This document shows positions 19,879 to 29,988 of a stretch of 64,000 nt of DNA, one piece after another. The notes below the pieces were generated by a model, which ran no database searches, was not told where the DNA came from, and worked only from the letters and a program-made list of their open reading frames with translations. The stretch is taken from IMG/VR virus record IMGVR_UViG_3300035698_022014, positions 11,602 to 75,601 of that record; one strand, 5' to 3'. Position 1 is the first letter of the stretch. Each line of letters starts with the position of its first letter. This DNA comes from a virus. Position numbers and translations under genes: made by a program.

Positions 19879-20394
19879 TTATTCTACTCCCGTCGAACCT
19901 AAACCACCTTCACGGTCAGTCTTTTGAGTCGGACGTGACAAACGCTCTGTGAGTTTGCACTTATCCTTATCGATCTTCTGCAATTGTGCCTGGGCAATTC
20001 TATCACCTGCATAAATTGTAATCGGCGTATCGCTTGCGTTGTAGACCATTACGTATGTAGGATCAATGTAGTCTGAATCAATAACACCAACACCGTTTGC
20101 AAGCATCAGTCCATATTTTAGAGCCATGCTTGAACGAATGTAGATCTTCATCTCGTGGTGTTTGGGGATATCAAATATCAAACCTGTAGGGACAAGAGTT
20201 CTGAACGATGCGTGAAGCTGGACAGAAGGTTTGCCACCTGCAATTCTGACTGGTAGTTGCATAGCTTTATTGTGAGGATTGTATGCTGTAACTTTGTCTT
20301 CCAGATCAAAGCAAGCACGAAGATCAAAGCAAGCTGACCCTTCTGTTGCAAATTCAGGGATTACAGCCGATTCTTTATCACGAAATATTCTCAT
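19879..20394 (-). CDS. dut: Trimeric dUTPase
   Basis: SACFDL, RSSMALK, GVIDSDY, GDRIAQ, REGGLGSTG (all five motifs). Confidence 0.93.
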   Translation of the reverse strand: MRIFRDKESAVIPEFATEGSACFDLRACFDLEDKVTAYNPHNKAMQLPVRIAGGKPSVQLHASFRTLVPTGLIFDIPKHHEMKIYIRSSMALKYGLMLANGVGVIDSDYIDPTYVMVYNASDTPITIYAGDRIAQAQLQKIDKDKCKLTERLSRPTQKTDREGGLGSTGVE

Positions 20395-20827
20395 TGTGTG
20401 TTCTTCCTCTTTTGGTGCCAACTGTGTATTTGCTCTCCAACGACCAATTACTTTTTTCTTTGAAGGCGATGATTTTAATTTTGTTTAACTCTGCGACAGG
20501 TGCATCAGATTGATCAGGATACACGATTTCTAACAGTCCCCATTCTTCAAGAAGATTGGCTGTGGTGTTTCTACGTGCAATGTCTTCTTCGTCTAGTGTG
20601 TTGTGCTTTCCATCAAGAATAAACAACTCCTTGAAATGCATAATAGCGTACCGACTTACATCCGTACTTTTGTCTTTTTTGTGTAGTATGTGACAGGACT
20701 GGTACAAGATGCGCTCTCTCCGTGACGCAATTCCTATACGTGTTAGTGTCTCTTTTATCTTTAGGAAATTGTCTGGGACGATCAGCTCGATTTCTACACC
20801 GTGTCCTCTAAATAGGTTCTGATCCAT
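20378..20827 (-). CDS. regA: Translational repressor RegA
   Basis: FLKIKETLTRIGIAS, LYQSCHILHK, HFKELF.LDG. Confidence 0.95.
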   Translation of the reverse strand: MDQNLFRGHGVEIELIVPDNFLKIKETLTRIGIASRRERILYQSCHILHKKDKSTDVSRYAIMHFKELFILDGKHNTLDEEDIARRNTTANLLEEWGLLEIVYPDQSDAPVAELNKIKIIAFKEKSNWSLESKYTVGTKRGRTHNENIS

Positions 20828-20889
20828 GTTATGTTCACTCTCATTTCTTGTTGTTATCTACGACGAGTTCATTGTGAATGTTCGCATGT

Positions 20890-21381
20890 TTATTTATCTT
20901 TTTTATTTTTTGTAGGCTTCTGCTCTCCTGTTTCTGATAATGCACGCAGATCGCTGAGATTCTGCTCTGTAAGTAACTTCAGGTATTGTTTTGCTATCTC
21001 TGGACGAACACCATACATCTTTTGAACCATCACAACATCGTCGTTCTTTTCTAGCTTGTGCCACTTTGAAAATCTCTTTCGCTTTCTGAGCGAACCCATG
21101 TAATAGTAGAACTGTGCTGTGTCAGGTATGCACGAATGCATATTCATTTCGTTAGCGTGTAGGACCGAATCAGGAAAGAACCCAAACCCACGGTTGATAA
21201 TATACGCTACATAATCTTTTGCAACCTCAGGCTCCTGTGCAATCATATCCTTTTTTGTTTCTGACACTGCCGTCATGAACTCAAACGGACTTTTCTTCAA
21301 CGTCTTTGTAACAACTTGCTCCTCAACACAAGCTTCGTGTGGCTTTATCACATCACTCGCATCAATTTCTACCAAACTCAT
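20890..21381 (-). CDS. Clamp loader small subunit gp62
   Basis: Y..YIINRG...F.D....ANEMN, RKRKRFSKW. Confidence 0.88.
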   Translation of the reverse strand: MSLVEIDASDVIKPHEACVEEQVVTKTLKKSPFEFMTAVSETKKDMIAQEPEVAKDYVAYIINRGFGFFPDSVLHANEMNMHSCIPDTAQFYYYMGSLRKRKRFSKWHKLEKNDDVVMVQKMYGVRPEIAKQYLKLLTEQNLSDLRALSETGEQKPTKNKKDK

Positions 21382-21542
21382 AAATCTTTCCCACTAATCA
21401 TTTTTTGCATTGTATCAGCACACTCTAAACACACAACGAGTACGTGGTCGCCATCCGCTGTGTTGATGTGCAGACTGAACTTCTCTTTTTGGCTAACCAT
21501 GGTTGTGCACAACTTACATTTCACCTTTTTGGCTTTGAACAT
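21378..21542 (-). CDS. Small CxxC...CxxC zinc-binding hypothetical protein
   Basis: CKLC...CLEC; fills the gap between gp44 and gp62. Confidence 0.55.
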   Translation of the reverse strand: MFKAKKVKCKLCTTMVSQKEKFSLHINTADGDHVLVVCLECADTMQKMISGKDL

Positions 21543-21544
21543 AC

Positions 21545-22489
21545 TCACAAATCGCACGATGCCATTATCTCTGTCAAACACGCAACCAAATTCAGCTCGT
21601 GGTCAGGAACAGATGCGTGTTGAAACTGGTACTTTCCGAGAAGAACAACAAAGTCGGCCATAGAGTTAAGAGGAACAACAGTAAGTCCCGTATCGAACAG
21701 TTTGCGATAGATGTTTGCAAAATCTTGGTCGGTATTAGAGGCGACCCACTTACGCATTTCTGTGAAGTTCTTGTGTTTCAAAAACAGAAACAATCCATCA
21801 ACAGATTCTTGTTTGAAGTTGACAAATATCCCCTCATCAATTCGACCTGACGAAGCGTACTTTTGCAATTCGTTAAGGGTCCGACGAAAGTCAGGAAAGT
21901 GCTTTTCAACGACTTTCGCTACAACTTTCTGATCATAATCAACATTTTCTTCTTTAAGGATCCAAAGCACACGTTTGAAGAACTGCGTGGCTATTGCAGG
22001 CTTCTCAGACTTGTCGATTGAGAATTCAACAAGAGAAAAACGTGAGTGAAGTGGCTCAATGATACGGTTTTTGAAGTTGCACGTGAAAATGAATCCGCAG
22101 TTGCGGCTAAACTCCTCAGAGAACGATCGAAGGGCATATTGTGTGTTTGGAGTAAGGTAATCAGCCTCGTCGATGATCACATATTTGCGGCCACCTGCAA
22201 ACGATACAGAGGATGCAAAATTTGAGATCTCATAGCGAAGAGTGTCGATGCCACCGTTTAACGATCCATTGATAACAATATAGTCACAATTAAGTTCTTT
22301 CAGCATTGCGACTGCTGCAGTTGTTTTACCTGTTCCAGGTGTTCCAGAAAGAAGCAGGTTAGGGATGTTTTTATCGTCTACAAACTTTTGAAAAGACTTC
22401 ATTGTCTTTTCTGGTAGGATGATGTCAGAAACCTTTTGAGGTCTGTATTTCTGACACCATAGCATTTCAGCAGCAATTGAATCGAGCAT
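21545..22489 (-). CDS. Clamp loader large subunit gp44
   Basis: W.QKYRP, GTPGTGKT, IIDEAD, PLHSR. Confidence 0.95.
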   Translation of the reverse strand: MLDSIAAEMLWCQKYRPQKVSDIILPEKTMKSFQKFVDDKNIPNLLLSGTPGTGKTTAAVAMLKELNCDYIVINGSLNGGIDTLRYEISNFASSVSFAGGRKYVIIDEADYLTPNTQYALRSFSEEFSRNCGFIFTCNFKNRIIEPLHSRFSLVEFSIDKSEKPAIATQFFKRVLWILKEENVDYDQKVVAKVVEKHFPDFRRTLNELQKYASSGRIDEGIFVNFKQESVDGLFLFLKHKNFTEMRKWVASNTDQDFANIYRKLFDTGLTVVPLNSMADFVVLLGKYQFQHASVPDHELNLVACLTEIMASCDL

Positions 22490-22545
22490 AATATAATACC
22501 TTTGTGTGGTGTGTTAATCAAATAGAAGGCCAGCGATGAAGCCCT

Positions 22546-22761
22546 TTAAATGTCATCATCGTTAGTATCGTCTGCTTGGTCAGGCTGCACTTCGGTGGCC
22601 TTAGCAGTGTGGCTCTTTACAAACTCTGCAAACTTCTCGCGTACAGTTCCCACTGCAACTAACTCGTTTCCTTTGAACGAGCCACGCTCTGTACACGTAT
22701 CGATGATATTGACCATCATCGTGAAATCGTTTAGTGTCAGGCTGTTTTGTAGATCAGTCAT
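22546..22761 (-). CDS. Conserved T4-like hypothetical protein
   Basis: IID.C.ERG.FKG.EL..VG motif; ATG at 22761. Confidence 0.65.
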   Translation of the reverse strand: MTDLQNSLTLNDFTMMVNIIDTCTERGSFKGNELVAVGTVREKFAEFVKSHTAKATEVQPDQADDTNDDDI

Positions 22762-22765
22762 ATTG

Positions 22766-23428
22766 TTATCCTTTTTTATATGTTGATTTGGATTCGATTG
22801 CAATGAAGTATGTAACTTTCGATGAACTGAACTTCGATATTCCTTTTGAAGACAGTTCAACCTCATAATCTCCTGAAAGAAGAGGTAGATTCTCTGTTTT
22901 GATAATCAGCGAAAAAGTATCATCTGTGTCGCCCAATTCAAACCCATACGAGTCAGCAGATGGGTTTGCACTGTCAATTGCTTGTAGATAGCACTTACCA
23001 TCAGTGCCCACAAACGCAATCTCAGGCAACTGAAAGACGCTTGACGCCTTCAACACCTTTGACAGATCGTCTGCAGACAATGAAACAGACACATCAACAG
23101 ATGGCAGCTTGATCTCTTTCTCTGGGGGCGAAATTATCATGGACGGGTCAGCATAAACATACTTCGCCTTGCTCTTTCCTTCAACGATTGTGATGAAGCT
23201 GCTACCAAAGTCGAGATCAGGCTCTGAATATAGACTGCACACAGACAAGAAGCGTGGAAGGTTGTATATTCCTGCTGTTCGTGGAAACTCGTCAGGAACA
23301 GTAGCAACTGCCATAATAGTTTTTAGTGGACTAATAGTTTTTAGTGTGTTACCTTCTTTAAGAAGTATGGATTGATTGATTCCTGCAAAGTTCTTTAGTA
23401 CCATCATCGTTTCACTTGATAGCTTCAT
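22766..23428 (-). CDS. Sliding clamp gp45
   Basis: MKLS.ET..VLKNFA.INQSI, GIY.L..FL, YFIA.E. Confidence 0.95.
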   Translation of the reverse strand: MKLSSETMMVLKNFAGINQSILLKEGNTLKTISPLKTIMAVATVPDEFPRTAGIYNLPRFLSVCSLYSEPDLDFGSSFITIVEGKSKAKYVYADPSMIISPPEKEIKLPSVDVSVSLSADDLSKVLKASSVFQLPEIAFVGTDGKCYLQAIDSANPSADSYGFELGDTDDTFSLIIKTENLPLLSGDYEVELSSKGISKFSSSKVTYFIAIESKSTYKKG

Positions 23429-23458
23429 AATGTATCCTTTATGGTTGTTGTAATTATA

Positions 23459-23683
23459 TCAGATCTTAGGGGTGAGGGCAATAGGAATCTGTCTGAATGA
23501 CATGTGCTTTTCAATAACACTATCATATAGAAATATCATCTTGTGATAGATGATCGCTTGCTCTTCGACTGTTGTTCCGTCGTCGAACGGACTCTCCCTC
23601 TTGTCAATAATTTTATAGTAATTGGGATTGTACCCCAGACACAAACTAATGATCATTTCCTCACGAGCAGTTGCCATTTGCAT
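23459..23683 (-). CDS. Hypothetical protein
   Basis: ORF in operon context with a GGAG RBS. Confidence 0.5.
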   Translation of the reverse strand: MQMATAREEMIISLCLGYNPNYYKIIDKRESPFDDGTTVEEQAIIYHKMIFLYDSVIEKHMSFRQIPIALTPKI

Positions 23684-23709
23684 GCTCCGTTTTTATAGAA
23701 AGGTGATTG

Positions 23710-24354
23710 TTATCTATCGACATTTTCCATGTCGAGCTCTGCACGCATAATCGCTTGCATACGAAGAACATTAGCCACAACGTCAATACTCGAGTCTGCT
23801 TTTACATAAATGCTTTTCCAATATTCTTCATCGTTAATTGGTGTCATGTCGAGCTTGGGGAGATTGAACTCAAACTTCGAATCAATGAATGTTGACATGT
23901 CACGCGACTTCCAACGAGGAAGATGTTCGCGGATCACACTTTCTTTCTTTGAGTCGCAAAACAGACGCCACAAGATTGCTGCATCATCCATACTATTCCA
24001 CGACCACCAAAGATCAATTCTGCCATGCGGCAGAAGATAATTTACGAACTCTCTTGTGAATTCGTCTATTGTAAGATCTTTAGAATGTGGTTTCAACGTC
24101 CTTTCGATGATCGCTTTTGGTTGGGATTTCCAAAACTCGACCCCGTCTGATGCTGCTAGATATCCACGATCTTTTTGGTCAGCGATGCTAAGCTTGAATC
24201 GTTTGATACTCGAATATGCTGATTTTGTAGTGTACGGAGAAGTCGATACCATTGTTTTTGTATCAACCACAGCAACAGAGCAGTCCAATACAATACAATT
24301 CTCGGGATGGTAACCAAGCATTGAGAAATCTATGAACAGAAACTTATCCTTCAT
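23710..24354 (-). CDS. DexA-like 3'-5' exonuclease with an atypical active site
   Basis: FIDFSMLG, FWKSQP, W.....D..IL, W..RD..T pattern of the T4 DexA family. Confidence 0.65.
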   Translation of the reverse strand: MKDKFLFIDFSMLGYHPENCIVLDCSVAVVDTKTMVSTSPYTTKSAYSSIKRFKLSIADQKDRGYLAASDGVEFWKSQPKAIIERTLKPHSKDLTIDEFTREFVNYLLPHGRIDLWWSWNSMDDAAILWRLFCDSKKESVIREHLPRWKSRDMSTFIDSKFEFNLPKLDMTPINDEEYWKSIYVKADSSIDVVANVLRMQAIMRAELDMENVDR

Positions 24355-24877
24355 TGGACGTACCTGTTTTGTATAAATCAAGTTCCATCTGCTTCGTTGT
24401 GCCGTTCTTTGTGCGTCCATAGTCGCCGTCATACATCTTCAACGCTTCTGCCTCAAACAACACAAATTGAGCAATTCGAGTACCTTGTTTGACTCTGATA
24501 GGGCCTGTTGTAACATGCAGTGCACCGCCAACATTCCCACTATATCCCGTATCATAAACACCTGACGTGATGAACACTCCATTACGATTGAACGAGGAAC
24601 GAATTACCAACCACCCTGCCTCACCGTCCCCAATGGTGACATCGCTACTCATTGCGACGTCATATACACCAATGTGCAGGTTAAAATAGCCATCATCATC
24701 AACCTCTACATCAATGCGATCACGGTGCAGTTTTTTATCCTCATCAATCACGAAAATTGTGGGTGACAAAGCAATAACTCTGTCCAATCGCATGTCGACC
24801 GCATTGGAGCTTATCATCTCTACATCAACGTTGGTCGCAGTACTGTTGTTTTGCTCGCTAGCTATGTGTCTCATCAT
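24344..24877 (-). CDS. dCTP deaminase/dUTPase-fold protein
   Basis: AVDMRL, RSSFNRNG, YDTGYSG, GTRIAQ, YDGDY. Confidence 0.75.
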   Translation of the reverse strand: MMRHIASEQNNSTATNVDVEMISSNAVDMRLDRVIALSPTIFVIDEDKKLHRDRIDVEVDDDGYFNLHIGVYDVAMSSDVTIGDGEAGWLVIRSSFNRNGVFITSGVYDTGYSGNVGGALHVTTGPIRVKQGTRIAQFVLFEAEALKMYDGDYGRTKNGTTKQMELDLYKTGTSNEG

Positions 24878-25224
24878 GGTTGCTTACGCTCCTTGTCTGT
24901 AAAATGTGTTAGAAGGATTATGTAATGCATCGACTTGAGAAGGTCCTTCCGGTTGATACCTTCTTTACGTCCAAGTCTCATCAGATACTTGATGGCTGTC
25001 CCTTGACACATTTCACTGGCAATGTTCAATGATTCCCACACATCGATTGTTTGTATCTCCTCCTTACCAACATAGTGTTGAGAATAAGTACTTGCGACGT
25101 ACTCTCCTAAGTCACGGAGTATTTCTTGCTCACTAAACTTATATTTGATAGTAGACGTATCACTTTGTGGGCTGACTGTCGTCTCAACTTTCGTCTGGCA
25201 GGGGTTATCTAATTTATCTCGCAA
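24874..25224 (-). CDS. DUF3310-like protein
   Basis: TY.QHY, G.AIKYL.R.GRK.G....DLLK..HY; probable TTG start at 25224. Confidence 0.7.
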   Translation of the reverse strand: MRDKLDNPCQTKVETTVSPQSDTSTIKYKFSEQEILRDLGEYVASTYSQHYVGKEEIQTIDVWESLNIASEMCQGTAIKYLMRLGRKEGINRKDLLKSMHYIILLTHFTDKERKQP

Positions 25225-26083
25225 AGTCAGTCTCCATGTTAATAAGGTTGTCGATGTAATCGCAATTCGTCTTTGCAAGATCGATCAGGGTCGAATCAGT
25301 GCACACTGTATCAAAATGTACCTCGGGCTCATACTTGCCATTCACCAATCCTGAAGGACTGTTGTCAAATCCAATGTTGTTCAATCCTGCCCACACAGCA
25401 GCAGAGCTATCCCACGTGTTGATATACCCAAGGTGATCTTTGACCAGAGATATTTCATTAGGACCGTCGATCATTCCAAGCATGTGTACACGCTTGTTGT
25501 TGTCTTGGATCTTTTGTACAATCCCACGATCAACAAGGATGTTCAGAAAGTGCCATCTGGAAAGAAACCGTTGAAGCTTATTACCTTGCTCTACGCCATA
25601 TGCATTCGGTATAGCAAGAATGGACACTCCAATGTAATCTACGTGTCTAGATTCAGCGGCCCATGCAAATCCATCGATTAGATCTTCGATGTCGCCAACA
25701 TTCGACTGTGGGACAAAGAATGTCCCAAACCCACCATCCCTGATTTCTCGACTAGTTTCAACGGCTTTGTCAATTGTTTTTTGACCTGGCTCAGCAGGAT
25801 AGTCCGACATTACAATGTAATCAGCACTGACTGTTGTACCCATCTCTACAAGTTTAGACGAAGGATACATAGGCGACCCTTGCTTGAACATCTCAAACCC
25901 GCCATTGTCAAGAATTGTCACACTCTCAGGATTCTCAAACTTTTCGTCCCCATACCACTGTGCATAACGCGGATCTGATTCGACAAGATGTGCCAACACG
26001 AGATGGGTCTTTCTTCCTTTAGCAAAGTTGTCGAGGTGGGGAGTGGGTGTAATGTGGCAAAAGTCTGTCATGCAGTTCTCCAT
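25214..26083 (-). CDS. TGT-fold transglycosylase-like protein, candidate DpdA (inserts 7-deazaguanine into DNA)
   Basis: ILDNGGFE, SDYP, VPQ, VHMLG, WDSS motifs in TGT/DpdA order; clustered with folE/queD/queE. Confidence 0.6.
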   Translation of the reverse strand: MENCMTDFCHITPTPHLDNFAKGRKTHLVLAHLVESDPRYAQWYGDEKFENPESVTILDNGGFEMFKQGSPMYPSSKLVEMGTTVSADYIVMSDYPAEPGQKTIDKAVETSREIRDGGFGTFFVPQSNVGDIEDLIDGFAWAAESRHVDYIGVSILAIPNAYGVEQGNKLQRFLSRWHFLNILVDRGIVQKIQDNNKRVHMLGMIDGPNEISLVKDHLGYINTWDSSAAVWAGLNNIGFDNSPSGLVNGKYEPEVHFDTVCTDSTLIDLAKTNCDYIDNLINMETDFAR

Positions 26084-26096
26084 GTTGTAAATACAA

Positions 26097-26128
26097 ACAA
26101 GCGGAGATCATCAATGCTCTCCGCTTGT
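26097..26128. repeat. 11-bp inverted repeat (intergenic hairpin)
   Basis: ACAAGCGGAGA / TCTCCGCTTGT. Confidence 0.7.
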
Positions 26129-26137
26129 CAATTCTGG

Positions 26138-26521
26138 TTATTGGTAGATTGAAGTAGAGCCGTTCTCGCCATCTTCAGATATTTCGATGTGGATACCACG
26201 GTCAGGATATCGCGCTGATATCTTCTCTGCAAGGTCATCAGAAATCATCTCACAGCTTTTGTAGTCTAACTGCAAGGCACCGTCACCATACAACGATTCG
26301 AGCCAACGTTTGAATTGAATAAATTCAATGTCACGATCGTTGTGAAAGACGTCAATAGCCACTTTGATATGAAAAATGTGACGGTGTGGATAGCCCAAAA
26401 AGCTGACATCGTACTCATCACCTGTAGCGAGTTTTGGATCAGTCAGCGCAGCTGGATATTTGTGGACACCTTCTCGCTGAAACTTTACCCAAATACGGTT
26501 TGTAATTTTACTTAGCATCAT
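26138..26521 (-). CDS. QueD-like T-fold paralog, candidate DpdL (CDG decarboxylase)
   Basis: LGYPHRHIF (LxxxHRHxF), DRDIEFI, SCEM, SEDGENG. Confidence 0.65.
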   Translation of the reverse strand: MMLSKITNRIWVKFQREGVHKYPAALTDPKLATGDEYDVSFLGYPHRHIFHIKVAIDVFHNDRDIEFIQFKRWLESLYGDGALQLDYKSCEMISDDLAEKISARYPDRGIHIEISEDGENGSTSIYQ

Positions 26522-26593
26522 ACATCTCCATTATATAGAAAATGATGCAGGACAGAACCTACATCATTTTGATTATCGTTCGTCGGTTTGTTA

Positions 26594-26848
26594 TTAGTCG
26601 ATTTGCGTAACAGGAACCATGGTCATTCCTTGGTTGTTGTCAACTTCAACTTTTGCATAAGATCTGCCGCCGCGGTTCTCAAGACCTTTATAACGGCCAG
26701 TTGTTTTGACACCCTTGGTGTTTGTAAAGGATACAGGATCACCTTTTTTCATCTTTTGCACACGCTTTTTAGCTTTGTCATATTCTGCAGGCGCGTCCTC
26801 GGAAAGCTTGACTTTGATTGATTCTTCGATAAGTTGTTTGATTGACAT
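26594..26848 (-). CDS. Small basic late protein, possible internal head protein
   Basis: CATAAATA upstream (26890-26897); N-terminus MSIKQLIEE. Confidence 0.55.
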   Translation of the reverse strand: MSIKQLIEESIKVKLSEDAPAEYDKAKKRVQKMKKGDPVSFTNTKGVKTTGRYKGLENRGGRSYAKVEVDNNQGMTMVPVTQID

Positions 26849-26908
26849 GTGTATTTCTCCTGTCGTTTGACTACATTAGCATTCTTGTCTATTTATGTGA
26901 AAACTACA

Positions 26909-27139
26909 CTACACTACACGGTTATCTGGAAACAGTGCAAGCTGTGCTGCAATCCGGTCAAGTTCATTGGGAGTAGAGGCTTTGCGGATTGTAGACTGAA
27001 AGCGTTTGACGTTTTGGCTATTCTCGCCTTTAGCGACAAATTCTTTCACAGCTTTCAAGAGAATCTGTTGTTTTTCGTCTGCTGATTGTGCTGCCCATAC
27101 TTTTTTTGCTACGTCGCTGTAATCATTCAGAGTTTTCAT
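26909..27139 (-). CDS. Hypothetical protein
   Basis: ATGA-coupled to the upstream ORF. Confidence 0.55.
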   Translation of the reverse strand: MKTLNDYSDVAKKVWAAQSADEKQQILLKAVKEFVAKGENSQNVKRFQSTIRKASTPNELDRIAAQLALFPDNRVV

Positions 27140-27543
27140 TCGATATGTCCTTTGGTTGATGCTTCATGATACCATTTATAGCGACGAAAGTCAACACTGG
27201 TACTCATGAATGTAGGAAGATTATCACAATAAAGTATCCTATCACCTCCTTTTTTGAGATAGCCTTTTAAGATTTTTGTGTCACACCATGCCATCCATTG
27301 GTGTGAATTGTCAACAAAGAACATTCGATGTGTATTGACAGGTTCAAGTAATTTGTCATTGAGCATGACACAACCTCCTGAATTGAATGGAACGACAGTG
27401 CCTGTATAACCATTTGACCACTTCGGGTTCTTGAATCTTATCGTGTTGTCACCTGTTCTGTAGCATTCCCATCTCCATTTGATAATTGCATATACTGCAG
27501 TCTTTACTGCACCATCCAATTGTCGATCAACCAATTCTTCCAC
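27136..27543 (-). CDS. Hypothetical protein
   Basis: GAAGGA RBS, GTG start, operon context. Confidence 0.55.
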   Translation of the reverse strand: MEELVDRQLDGAVKTAVYAIIKWRWECYRTGDNTIRFKNPKWSNGYTGTVVPFNSGGCVMLNDKLLEPVNTHRMFFVDNSHQWMAWCDTKILKGYLKKGGDRILYCDNLPTFMSTSVDFRRYKWYHEASTKGHIE

Positions 27544-27559
27544 AATTATGTTCCTTCGA

Positions 27560-29271
27560 TTATTTTGTATACTTCAACTTTCCACAATCATACACCTTTA
27601 AAAACCCATGATCAAGTGCGTTCTGATGCTCTGTCAATTCGGGACAAAAAGTGTCAGGATATTTTGCTTGGAGTTTAGCCCTTGTCATTTGTCTCCGAGG
27701 GATTCTCCTCTTTGTAGCTCTACAGTAGTAAGTGTAATCTGGTTTTGTCTGATGAGCCAGATTCATCCCCGACTTTTGATATATGTTGTTTTCAAAATCA
27801 GTCCACAACAAATCAGCATACGTGTAGACGTTAGTGACATTTGACATTATTTTTGATAGTCCACCCACAACAGGGAGTTTTGACGCAAATCTTGTAAGGT
27901 CGTGACTGTCACCATACCGTTTAAATGTCGCAACAGAAACCAACTGACCCTCATGCTCGAGGCCTATGTTGAAAGAGTGATTGACATGCCCTTGAATGTG
28001 ATGATGCTCGAGAAACTCCTTCAATCAACATCATATACTACTTTTGTCTTTCTTGCCCCTATAGATGTGTCTGATGGCTCCAAAAGAGACATGATTTTTC
28101 GTCGGATTAGATCTGGACCATCTCTTAGATCATCTTCAAATAGGTGGATCAATCTTATGCCATTGTGTGCAGCATCTTTCTTTTTGTCTAAATGATAATT
28201 TGTAGGTTTGAATTTCTCAGAATGCCAATAACAACCGTTTATTTCAAACCCTATGTTATAATCAGGGAGAAAGATATCAATCTCCTTGCGGTCACTTAAC
28301 AATGTTCTATCATTGAATATAGGGGAATAATCGGCTAGCCATCCACTAACTAAATGCTCGTAGGATGAAGGTTGTCCAATTCCCTTTCTCAGAATGTCGA
28401 AACTATCAAGCATCTCTGCTACAATAGGGTGGCTACATCCTAGAAATTCGCCCATTTGCTCGAGTGACATCGTTTTATAAAGTTCCTCCAACAGAACTTT
28501 GTCGTAAAGACCTTCAATGTTTTCTCTTGGCGTTCCTTTTGTAAACACGCCCAGTTTGCGTATTTGTGTGTTGATTGTGTGATTCTTGACATTGTATTTT
28601 TTCGCAATTTGTGGTATTGTGTATTGCTCTCTTAGTTTACGTAGAGTATCAGCACTCTGTATATCTATATGAATCTCTACATGCGTGTTTCTTTTTGTGT
28701 CTTCTCCAGACTGTTTAATAATGTCTGATGCTGTCTGAATGCTACAGCCAATTTGTTTTGAGCATTGTGTAACATTAGAACCGCTATGCCACTGTTTCAA
28801 TATCTGTGTTTTGACACTCTCTGTATCGAACTTAAACTTGTCAAACTTTTTGTACTTTTTGGCCCACTTGGTTACAGTAGAGGGTGCGTGTCCTGTAATT
28901 GCTGATATTCTAACAATTGTCTCGCACGTATCGAATAGGATAGGATCGAAAGGGATTGATTTAATTGCAACAAGATTGCTAATTCTCACAAACCTTCGAA
29001 CAGAATCAACTGGAACCTCTAACCTATCTGCAACGACTCTACAATTGATAACTCCACTAATATAATCGTCCTGAAACTCACAGAACCTACGCGTGACAAT
29101 ATCATAGAATGTCTCTTTCAAGGTTACACCCCAACGATCTGCAAGCTCCTGCACAGACGAGGATGATACGCCGTACGTATTTGCAATGGAAGAGAAGCTC
29201 TCCCCTGAATCAATTAGATCCTGAAAAGAGCTTCTAGTAAGAACAGACGTAAGTGTTCCTCTCTTAGACAC
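27560..29271 (-). pseudogene. Hef-like homing endonuclease broken into two ORFs (28021-29271 and 27560-28024)
   Basis: HTH-like repeats, EIDIFLP..IGFEINGCYWHS, GIRLIHLFED; the usual continuation KEFL..HHIQG...VVGG.SK...YAD...VYDCG lies in the -1 frame. Confidence 0.75.
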
Positions 29272-29978
29272 TATGCGCGATTACCTGCAAACTGCTGCTG
29301 CATCTTCACATTGTCAAAGAACTCTTGCTTGACACTTTGGTTGAAGAATTGTCCCCTAAGTTCCGTTGTCTGAGTCAATGAGCTGTTTGCCATCACTCCT
29401 CGTGTGGAACAACATCCGTGTGTAGCTTGGATGTAGACAGCAACATCGCGCGTTTCTGTTGCCTTGCTGATCTCGTTAGCAATGTCCATCGTCAACTGTT
29501 CTTGGAGTGTTCCACGACGTGCTGCATGCTGAGCAATACGAATATACTTCGAGAGTCCGATCACACTTGACGATGGTAATACTCCGATGTATGCTACACC
29601 TTGAACGTCCTTGTGGTGGTGACTACACATTGAGTGGATCTCTGCACGAACAACAATCATTCCGCCATACCGTGTATCAGGATCAGTGTTTGGGAATGAA
29701 GTTACAGGTGGTGGTGGTGCGTAGCGACCTTGCATCGTTTCGTTGATGTACATCTTTGCAAGACGTTTTGCTGTTCCCATTGAGTTTGGATCTGTGTTGC
29801 GATCGATAATTAGGGAGTCGAGTACACCTTCAAACTTAATAGCCAATTCATCGATCAGCATGGCCGTTTCACCTTCTTCAATGAATGTCGATATGTTGTC
29901 ATTTGCCCAGAAACGGCTATTACTATCTTCTAGCCGCGCTCGTATTGTATCGGAGATTGATTTGTTTTCTTTCGTCAT
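29271..29978 (-). CDS. folE: GTP cyclohydrolase I
   Basis: TAKRLAKMY, SMCSHH, IGLSK..R, LQEQLT, HGC...RGV; ATG at 29978. Confidence 0.95.
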   Translation of the reverse strand: MTKENKSISDTIRARLEDSNSRFWANDNISTFIEEGETAMLIDELAIKFEGVLDSLIIDRNTDPNSMGTAKRLAKMYINETMQGRYAPPPPVTSFPNTDPDTRYGGMIVVRAEIHSMCSHHHKDVQGVAYIGVLPSSSVIGLSKYIRIAQHAARRGTLQEQLTMDIANEISKATETRDVAVYIQATHGCCSTRGVMANSSLTQTTELRGQFFNQSVKQEFFDNVKMQQQFAGNRA

Positions 29979-29988
29979 GTTTGTAGTG

